Source: an uncultured Planctomycetia bacterium
GTDB lineage: Bacteria; Omnitrophota; Gorgyraeia; Duberdicusellales; 4484-171
NCBI GenBank assembly: GCA_964605645.1
Contig: CAZSDJ010000001.1
Span: 20,079 to 84,078, forward strand
Reading direction: 5' to 3'
DNA: 64,000 nucleotides
In this document: positions 28,102 to 33,484 of the stretch, piece by piece
Layout of the letters: the number at the start of each line of letters is the position of its first letter
How positions within the stretch are numbered: position 1 is the first letter of the stretch
Notes under the pieces: generated by a model
What the model saw: the letters and a program-made list of their open reading frames with translations, nothing else
Databases searched by the model: none
What the model was told of the DNA's origin: nothing
Translations under genes and position numbers: made by a program

Positions 28102-28217
28102 ATAACTCTTTCTGTGGCAAGAAGTAAGGAAACAAATATTTCAAAATTTCTAAAAATACAATATTTGTTTTGTAACTTATTGGAGGAGAGGAGGATGTCT
28201 AAAGCGTCTGAGTATTG
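28076..28217. repeat. repeat family A, copy A1 (~142 bp long imperfect palindrome), overlapping the comEC stop codon
   Basis: About 90% identical to 30617-30759. The arms TCAGACGCTTT / AAAGCGTCTGA form an inverted repeat, and the inner stem is AAACAAATATT / AATATTTGTTT. It contains SD GGAGGAGAGGAGG plus a 7-codon mini-ORF (MSKASEY*) at 28194. Confidence 0.75.
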
Positions 28218-28481
28218 ACAAATATTGACATAGTTGCTAGTAATTCTCAACAGAATTTTAAAAGTATTAATGTGAGATTTTTAAAAGGAAACGATAGGAA
28301 GAGCCAATGGGAATGGGAAGTTAAATGGACAGATGGAACCAAGACACCTTTTAAGGTTGAACTCACCCAACCTTCCCAGGGAGGCACAGATATTCAAGTA
28401 TATGGAACACAAGAAGAAGTTGATTTTGATTCTAGCCAGAAAATAATAATTGATCTAGGAGATATAAGTAAACCCAGATAA
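28215..28481 (+). CDS. hypothetical protein (orphan cassette-like ORF; start uncertain, TTG 28215 or GTG 28272)
   Basis: 88-codon ORF with non-K-rich composition (TQPSQGGTDIQVYGTQEEVDFDSSQ), unlike neighbouring proteins. No convincing RBS. Its stop TAA is embedded in the GATAACA core of repeat rep1. Confidence 0.3.
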   Translation: MTNIDIVASNSQQNFKSINVRFLKGNDRKSQWEWEVKWTDGTKTPFKVELTQPSQGGTDIQVYGTQEEVDFDSSQKIIIDLGDISKPR

Positions 28482-28561
28482 CAACTCATTTCACCGGACC
28501 TGAATAGCGACCTAAATAGAATTATGGTATACTATTCAGGCCGCTCAATTTGAATGTTATC
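28477..28561 (+). repeat. attC-like imperfect palindromic repeat rep1 (85 bp), GATAACA...TGTTATC termini
   Basis: The terminal 7-mers are exact reverse complements. The internal perfect 9-bp inverted repeat is CCTGAATAG (28499-28507) / CTATTCAGG (28532-28540), with a conserved centre CCTAAATAGAATT. Confidence 0.6.
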
Positions 28562-28590
28562 TGGAAAAATGAATAAAAAATAATAATTGT

Positions 28591-28619
28591 TTGACATTTG
28601 GTATCGATTATGGTATGGT
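28591..28619 (+). promoter_or_regulatory. vapBC promoter: TTGACA-17-TATGGT with direct repeat GGTAT..GGTAT in spacer
   Basis: Consensus -35 with a 17-nt spacer. RBS GGAGGTG lies 5 nt before ATG 28638. Confidence 0.55.
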
Positions 28620-28637
28620 TTTACTGGAGGTGAATCG

Positions 28638-28844
28638 ATGAAATTAGTTAAAGTATCTCCTAAATATCAAGTAGTTATCCCCCAATCAATTAGAGAAGCT
28701 TTAAAAATACACCCCGGAGAAAAAATTCATATGTTGCGGTATGAAAATCGTATAGAATTTATACCCGAAAAAAATATAAAATCTATGCGGGGCTTTCTGA
28801 AAGGAATTGATACTACCGTAAAACGGGAAAAAGGCCGTATATGA
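28638..28844 (+). CDS. vapB: AbrB/SpoVT-type antitoxin VapB
   Basis: MKLVKVSPKYQVVIPQSIREALKI is a swapped-hairpin AbrB/MazE-like motif. It is 68 aa and overlaps the downstream PIN toxin by ATGA. The strong RBS favours the ATG at 28638 over the track's upstream start at 28587. Confidence 0.8.
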   Translation: MKLVKVSPKYQVVIPQSIREALKIHPGEKIHMLRYENRIEFIPEKNIKSMRGFLKGIDTTVKREKGRI

Positions 28845-29218
28845 ATATAGTTGATTCTTGTGGTTGGTTAGAATATTTTGCCGATGGGCCAAATGCAAAT
28901 TTTTTCGCCCCGCCTATAGAAAAACCTAAAAATCTAATTGTACCCTCAATATGTATTTTTGAAGTGTTTAAGCGAATTTACCAACAACGTAATGAAGATG
29001 AGGCTTTACAAGCCATAGCTTTAATGCATCAAGGAGAAACTGTGGCAATAGACGATTCTTCTGCTTTATATGCTGCAAAATTAAGCCTTGATAATAATCT
29101 CCCTATGGCTGATAGTTTAATTTTGGCAATCGCCCGTATCAAAAAAGCTACAATATGGACTCAGGATAAAGATTTCGAAAAAATTGAAGATATAAAATAT
29201 ATTAAAGCAAAAAAATAA
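28841..29218 (+). CDS. vapC: PIN-domain toxin VapC
   Basis: MNIVDSCGWLEYF carries the conserved N-terminal Asp. The acidic residues D..E..D..D are spaced as in PIN domains, and TQDKDF is near the C-terminus. 125 aa. Confidence 0.8.
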   Translation: MNIVDSCGWLEYFADGPNANFFAPPIEKPKNLIVPSICIFEVFKRIYQQRNEDEALQAIALMHQGETVAIDDSSALYAAKLSLDNNLPMADSLILAIARIKKATIWTQDKDFEKIEDIKYIKAKK

Positions 29219-29235
29219 ATATAATAATAAACCCG

Positions 29236-29321
29236 GATAACAACTCATTCGAGCCGGCCTTTGACAGGCGCGCTTTATGAAACCAATCGGTTGTCAAGGG
29301 CAGCTTAATTCGAATGTTATG
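29236..29321 (+). repeat. attC-like repeat rep2 (86 bp), GATAACA...TGTTATG termini
   Basis: The 5' flank AAACCCgGATAACAACTCATT is shared with rep1. The internal inverted repeat is TTTGACAGG / TTGTCAAGG, and the 3' end is AATTCGAATGTTAT. Confidence 0.6.
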
Positions 29322-29347
29322 GGGAGTAGATGAAAAATAAAAATGCT

Positions 29348-29376
29348 TTGACATGTACATCTAAATAATGTACAAT
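29348..29376 (+). promoter_or_regulatory. brnTA promoter: TTGACA-17-TACAAT with TGTACA...TGTACA inverted repeat in spacer; GTG start 6 nt after -10 (leaderless)
   Basis: TTGACA lies at 29348-29353 and TACAAT at 29371-29376. The palindrome TGTACATCTAAATAATGTACA is a likely antitoxin operator. Confidence 0.5.
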
Positions 29377-29382
29377 TAAGCT

Positions 29383-29661
29383 GTGGAATACGAATGGAAT
29401 CCTGAAAAAAACGAATGGCTTAAAGAAAAAAGAAACATCTCTTTTGAGCAAATTGTTTTCCACTTTTCACAAGGTGATGTTTGGAGAAACTCCGATCATC
29501 CGGATAAAAAAAAATATAAAAAGCAAAAAATATATTTTGTCATCGTTGAAAATTATATTTATTTAGTGCCACATGTTGTTGAAAAGGAATATATATTTTT
29601 GAAAACGATAATTCCCAGTAGAAAAGCAACTAAAATGTATAAAAGAAAGCAGGAGGATTAA
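29383..29661 (+). CDS. brnT: BrnT-family toxin (DUF497 ribonuclease)
   Basis: MEYEWNPEKNEWLKEKRNISFEQ matches the BrnT N-terminal signature (EFEWDxxKNxxNxxKHGISFEEA). 92 aa, GTG start. Confidence 0.75.
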   Translation: MEYEWNPEKNEWLKEKRNISFEQIVFHFSQGDVWRNSDHPDKKKYKKQKIYFVIVENYIYLVPHVVEKEYIFLKTIIPSRKATKMYKRKQED

Positions 29662-29663
29662 TT

Positions 29664-29969
29664 ATGAAATATAATAAAGAAGAAAAGTACATATTGAAAG
29701 CTTTAGAAGACGGAAAAATGACGCTTTCTAAACCATCAAAAAAAGAAATAGAATCAATTAAAGCAGCCGCTAATAATACTTTTAAAAAAAATCGCCGGAT
29801 TACAATCAGGCTTTATAATCATGATTTTATAGGAATACAAAAAAAAGCAGTTGAGATGGGGATACCTTATCAAACACTGATTTCAGGCATAATTCATAGG
29901 TATATTGAAGGCGATATAAAAATAAAATCTCACAACAACTCGCTCCAGCGAACCCAAAAGCGGGCCTAA
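29664..29969 (+). CDS. brnA: BrnA-family antitoxin
   Basis: Directly downstream of brnT. KKNRRITIRLYNHDFIGIQKKAVEMGIPYQTLISGIIHRYIEG is a ribbon-helix-helix-type C-terminal domain typical of BrnA. The last 13 codons are encoded by repeat rep3. Confidence 0.75.
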   Translation: MKYNKEEKYILKALEDGKMTLSKPSKKEIESIKAAANNTFKKNRRITIRLYNHDFIGIQKKAVEMGIPYQTLISGIIHRYIEGDIKIKSHNNSLQRTQKRA

Positions 29970-30019
29970 ATAGAATTGCAAAAGAACCGCTTTTGCGCCG
30001 CTGAATTCGAATGTTAGAC
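29931..30019 (+). repeat. attC-like repeat rep3 (89 bp), CACAACAACTC...TGTTAGA termini
   Basis: Internal perfect 9-bp inverted repeat CAAAAGCGG / CCGCTTTTG, plus CAGCG/CGCTG. It shares the centre CCTAAATAGAATT with rep1 and the end AATTCGAATGTTA with rep2. Confidence 0.55.
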
Positions 30020-30046
30020 ATAAATAATGGAAATAAAAAAAGTACC

Positions 30047-30075
30047 TTGACAAGACGTACGTAATATGGTACGTT
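30047..30075 (+). promoter_or_regulatory. yefM-yoeB promoter: TTGACA-17-TACGTT with ACGTAC/GTACGT palindrome in spacer
   Basis: TTGACA lies at 30047-30052. The spacer AGACGTACGTAATATGG contains inverted half-sites. RBS GGAGG lies 6 nt before ATG 30094. Confidence 0.5.
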
Positions 30076-30093
30076 TTACACGGAGGAAAAGAA

Positions 30094-30336
30094 ATGACAA
30101 CTTTAACAGCAAGCCAGGCAAGAGCAAAATTATATAAATTATTAGATAAATTAGCTGAATCTCACGAACCTATTCAAATTAGTGGCAAAAGGCATGATGC
30201 TGTCCTTATTAGCCAAGAGGATTGGAGAGCAATTAAAGAAACTTTATTTTTGCTTTCTATTCCTAAAATGAGGGAATCTATCCGCAAAGGATTAAGAGCC
30301 CCTCTTAAAAAATGCGATAAGAAGCTAAACTGGTGA
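30094..30336 (+). CDS. yefM: Phd/YefM-family antitoxin
   Basis: TASQARAKLYKLLDKLAESHEPIQISGKRHDAVLISQEDWRAIKETL is the YefM fold signature. It overlaps the toxin gene by 4 nt. Confidence 0.8.
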   Translation: MTTLTASQARAKLYKLLDKLAESHEPIQISGKRHDAVLISQEDWRAIKETLFLLSIPKMRESIRKGLRAPLKKCDKKLNW

Positions 30337-30596
30337 GTTGGAAACTCGTCTATACTAAGCAAGCACAAAAAGATGCTAAAAAACTATCCACTGCAGGCTT
30401 ACGCCCAAAAGCAGAAGCCATTCTTGAAATCTTAGAAAAAAATCCCTACAGAAAACATCCACCCTTTGAAAAATTAATAGGGGACTTAGAAGGGGCTTAT
30501 TCACGCAGAATAAATATCCAGCATCGTGTAGTTTACCAGATTATAAAAAAATATAAAACTGTAAAAATTATCCGGTTATGGACGCATTATAAATAA
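30333..30596 (+). CDS. yoeB: YoeB/Txe-family toxin (RelE superfamily mRNA interferase)
   Basis: The FEKLIGDLEGAYSRRINIQHRVVYQI....IIRLWTHY block matches YoeB (catalytic H..Y at the C-terminus). 87 aa. Confidence 0.8.
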   Translation: MSWKLVYTKQAQKDAKKLSTAGLRPKAEAILEILEKNPYRKHPPFEKLIGDLEGAYSRRINIQHRVVYQIIKKYKTVKIIRLWTHYK

Positions 30597-30616
30597 ATTT
30601 AGATAAAATGTCTATC

Positions 30617-30759
30617 AACTCATGTCGAATTCAGACGCTTTAGATAGCTCTTTCTGTAGCAAGAAGTAAGGAAACAAATATTTTAAAATTTCTAAAAATA
30701 CAATATTTGTTTTGTAACTTATTGGTAGAGAGATGGATATCGAAAGCGTCTGAGTATTG
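30617..30759. repeat. repeat family A, copy A2 (~143 bp long imperfect palindrome)
   Basis: About 90% identical to A1. The 11-bp perfect arms are TCAGACGCTTT (30631-30641) and AAAGCGTCTGA (30743-30753). The left end ATCAACTCATGTCGAATTC resembles fused rep-type ends. Confidence 0.75.
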
Positions 30760-30765
30760 CGTAAT

Positions 30766-30851
30766 ATTTTAAAATTTCTAAAAATACAATATTTGTTTTG
30801 TAACTTATTGGTAGAGAGGTGGATATCGAAAGCGTCTGAGTATTGCGTAAT
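30766..30851. repeat. 86-bp tandem duplication of the right half of repeat A (unit 2; unit 1 = 30680-30765)
   Basis: 30766-30851 repeats 30680-30765 with one mismatch (ATTTTAAAATTTCTAAAAATACAATATTTGTTTTGTAACTTATTGGTAGAGAG[A/G]TGGATATCGAAAGCGTCTGAGTATTGCGTAAT). Confidence 0.8.
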
Positions 30852-30969
30852 AGCGATGTTTTGTTATGAATTCAAGAAAGCTGTTTTGATAAAATTTGTG
30901 TATATTTTTTGACAATGCTAATTTTGGATACAGATTGACAAAGGCAATCGGTTCTGATATATTTTCTTT

Positions 30970-31920
30970 ATGGTTAAATCTATATTTATAATTATATTTA
31001 CTTTTGGTTGCCTGCAGGCTTATCCGTTTTGGATCTGGTCGCCGAAGACTCAAAAGTGGAAAAATCCTGAATATTCCGCTCTTGCTACTCCTATCCTTCA
31101 ATACAAGGAAGCTATTAAATCTTTCAATGAAGGTAATTTTAAGAGGGCTTATAAAGAGTTGAAAAAAATGATTACTAATTATCCTGACTCTAAGCAAGCA
31201 GCTGAAGCTCAATATTATATGGGAAGAACTTTGGAAGAGCTTGATAAGCCGTATGAAGCTTATCTTGCTTTTCGCAAGGTGATTCAAAGCTATCCCAACA
31301 GTAAAAGAATTAATGAGGTTATTGAGAGAGAGTACAATATCGGAGAATATTTTTTAAATAGAGAAAGCAAAAAATTACTCGGTGTTTCAATTTATGATTT
31401 TGTAAATCATCCTTCGGTTCAGATTTTTCAAAGTATTGTTGAAGAAACCCCTTATTCTGAATATGCTGCCAGGGCACAATATAAATTAGGGGTAATTTTT
31501 TTAAAATTAAGCCGGTTTGAAGAAGCACGGCAAGCATTTCAAAAAGTTATCGATGATTATTCTGAGAGTAAATGGGCAACGCCGGCAAAATATCAATTAG
31601 CTTTAGCTACCGCAAAAGCTTTTCCCGGCGCCGATTATGACGCCTCTTCCCTTCAACAAGCAACTGAAAGATTAAGTGAATTTATTAAGGAGCATCCGGA
31701 AGCAGAAATATCGGAGCAGGCAGAGGGCCAATTAGCCCAATTAAGAAATAAAGAAGCTAAAAAAATATTTGAAACTGCTGTATTTTACAAAAAACAAAGG
31801 CATCCGGATAGTGCTAAAATTTATTTAGATAAAATAATTAATAAATATTCCGATAGCGAATACTATCAAAAAGCAAAACAAATGTTAAAAGATTTAGAAG
31901 GTCTGTCAGACTCTAATTAA
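30970..31920 (+). CDS. BamD-like TPR lipoprotein (outer-membrane assembly factor family)
   Basis: A signal peptide with an FTFGC lipobox-like Cys is followed by repeated TPR units ending in YP(D/N)S (NYPDSKQAAEAQYYMG, SYPNSKRINEV, DYSESKWA), as in BamD/YfiO. 316 aa. Confidence 0.6.
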   Translation: MVKSIFIIIFTFGCLQAYPFWIWSPKTQKWKNPEYSALATPILQYKEAIKSFNEGNFKRAYKELKKMITNYPDSKQAAEAQYYMGRTLEELDKPYEAYLAFRKVIQSYPNSKRINEVIEREYNIGEYFLNRESKKLLGVSIYDFVNHPSVQIFQSIVEETPYSEYAARAQYKLGVIFLKLSRFEEARQAFQKVIDDYSESKWATPAKYQLALATAKAFPGADYDASSLQQATERLSEFIKEHPEAEISEQAEGQLAQLRNKEAKKIFETAVFYKKQRHPDSAKIYLDKIINKYSDSEYYQKAKQMLKDLEGLSDSN

Positions 31921-31924
31921 GTTT

Positions 31925-32485
31925 ATGCTAATGTTTGAAAATCTTACTTTTAAAAAATTAATCTTAGTAAAAAAGCTGCTATTGATATTTTTATTAATAA
32001 CAACTGGTTGCGGCTATTCCACCAAAGGCTATAAGTACCAGGAAAATAAAATAAGAATTAATCCGGTAGTTAATGCAATCGATATAACTTCAGAAGGAAG
32101 AAAATATTCCGGTTACACTGCTTATCCTGTTTTGATCGAAGATAGATTAACCAATAGGTTAGTTTCAGAATTTAATATTCAAAGTAATTTAGCTGTGGTA
32201 AGTAAGCCGGAGCAAGCTTTGAGGTTGGAGTGCAAAGTAATTGATTATAAACGGAATACTCTTCGCTACACCGACAGTGATGATCCGGAAGAACAGAGGC
32301 TGCGCTTAAGAGTTAAAATGAAGTTGTTTGATGCTGAAGGCAATTTGCTTCAGGATAAACATATTACCGGTCAAACAAGCTTTTTCTTAACTGGTTCCAA
32401 TAGTAAAAGTGAAGTAGCTGCTCAAGTTGACCTGATTGATGATACAGCCCGCAGGATAACAGAAGCAGTTGTCGAGGCATGGTAG
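31925..32485 (+). CDS. LptE-like LPS-assembly lipoprotein
   Basis: Lipobox LLITTGCGYS resembles LptE's LITAGCGWHLR. It is 186 aa and sits immediately upstream of a holA-like gene, matching the leuS-lptE-holA arrangement of many diderms. Confidence 0.5.
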   Translation: MLMFENLTFKKLILVKKLLLIFLLITTGCGYSTKGYKYQENKIRINPVVNAIDITSEGRKYSGYTAYPVLIEDRLTNRLVSEFNIQSNLAVVSKPEQALRLECKVIDYKRNTLRYTDSDDPEEQRLRLRVKMKLFDAEGNLLQDKHITGQTSFFLTGSNSKSEVAAQVDLIDDTARRITEAVVEAW

Positions 32486-33165
32486 AGGCGAAAATTAAAC
32501 CACACCTTATCTGCGGCGGAAATCCCTTCAAGCGCCGGCGAATCATAAATAATGTAAAAAAAGAGATATTTAAAAGCCAGGGTATTGTGCTGAGAGCAAT
32601 AACTTTGTATGGAGCAGATATAAACCTGCAATCTTTTAAGGATTTGATTTTTACTTTTTCTTTTCAAAAGAAAAAAATAATATTAATTAAGGATTTTACC
32701 AGTTTAGTTAAACCAATTCGAAAATTCATAATTGATAATTTTACTAAAATATTAAAAAATAATTATTTGATTTTTGATTCAGATTTACCTTACTTAAAAT
32801 TGCAAAAAAACAAAAAAATGCTCACTGATGATTTTTTTAATTATTTATTTGAAGAAGGTGCCGTCCATCAATTTAGGCCGGAGCCGCTGGAGGTAAATTT
32901 TGATGATTTTCGAAAAAAATTATATAAAAGTGATTTAGACTCTTGTTTATTTATCTTAGAAGAATTATTGAGTAAAAAAGGAAATAATAAATTACTGGCA
33001 ACTCAAATTTTGGGGTTAATTACAAGTAAATTCTCCTATCTTCATGAATCTCAAAAAAGAAAAGAAGCTTTCAACCAGCTTTGGCAAGCAGATAGGGCAT
33101 TGAAGCAAAGTAATATTGATGTGCGGCTTTTGTTGGAGAGGCTTTTGATTAAGTTATTTGCTTAG
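32479..33165 (+). CDS. DNA polymerase III delta subunit-like protein (short, 228 aa)
   Basis: Assigned by position after the lptE-like gene plus weak N-terminal resemblance to HolA. It is shorter than the typical ~330 aa. Confidence 0.4.
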   Translation: MVEAKIKPHLICGGNPFKRRRIINNVKKEIFKSQGIVLRAITLYGADINLQSFKDLIFTFSFQKKKIILIKDFTSLVKPIRKFIIDNFTKILKNNYLIFDSDLPYLKLQKNKKMLTDDFFNYLFEEGAVHQFRPEPLEVNFDDFRKKLYKSDLDSCLFILEELLSKKGNNKLLATQILGLITSKFSYLHESQKRKEAFNQLWQADRALKQSNIDVRLLLERLLIKLFA

Positions 33166-33411
33166 AGAATTAGAGAGTCGGCTCTTTTTTCTGGCTGCTT
33201 TATTAGGATGGATTACATTTTTTGAAGCGGCTTTATCTAATAATTTATAAGCTTTTTCGAGAATTTTTTTACTAGAATCAGAATCTTTTTCATCAAGCGA
33301 TTTTCTAAATTCTTTTAATACTGATTTAATTTCTCGCTTAGTTTTGCGATTTCTTTTTTGTTTTCGCTCATTTTGCCTGAGCGCTTTTTCTGCTGCTCTT
33401 CTTTGCGGCAT
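33154..33411 (-). CDS. rpsT: 30S ribosomal protein S20
   Basis: MPQRRAAEKALRQNERKQKRNRKTKREIKSV...HPNKAARKKSRL matches S20. RBS AAAGGAGGG lies 3 nt upstream of ATG (complement of 33409-33411). It is divergent from murJ, as commonly seen. The track's 160-aa ORF is an N-terminal over-extension. Confidence 0.85.
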   Translation of the reverse strand: MPQRRAAEKALRQNERKQKRNRKTKREIKSVLKEFRKSLDEKDSDSSKKILEKAYKLLDKAASKNVIHPNKAARKKSRLSNSLSK

Positions 33412-33484
33412 GATCCCTCCTTTGTTAAGTGAAAAGATTGTATAGAAATCAAAGCGAGATGTCAAGCTTTTTTTAAAAAAAACA

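Noticed and set aside
27222-28127. Plus-strand alternative-frame ORFs 27222-27467 and 27720-28127 inside comEC
   Set aside because: They overlap the conserved competence domain of ComEC in other frames. Open frames are expected in AT-rich membrane-protein genes.
28587-28637. Upstream start (28587) for vapB giving an MFDIWYRLWYGFTGGES N-terminal extension
   Set aside because: The extension would cover the module's own -10 box. ATG 28638 has a strong GGAGGTG RBS and yields the canonical 68-aa AbrB-type antitoxin beginning MKLVKV.
28076-30851. CRISPR array interpretation of the repeated elements
   Set aside because: The repeats are 85-143 bp imperfect palindromes separated by 0.7-1 kb segments that contain recognisable TA genes. 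They are not 25-40 bp direct repeats with 30-40 bp spacers, and no cas genes are present.
30805-31287. Minus-strand 160-aa ORF across the repeat A2 region and the bamD-like gene start
   Set aside because: It runs antisense through a palindromic repeat and a well-supported TPR lipoprotein gene. Its composition (SFSCLLRVRIISNHFFQLF) is typical of low-GC antisense noise.
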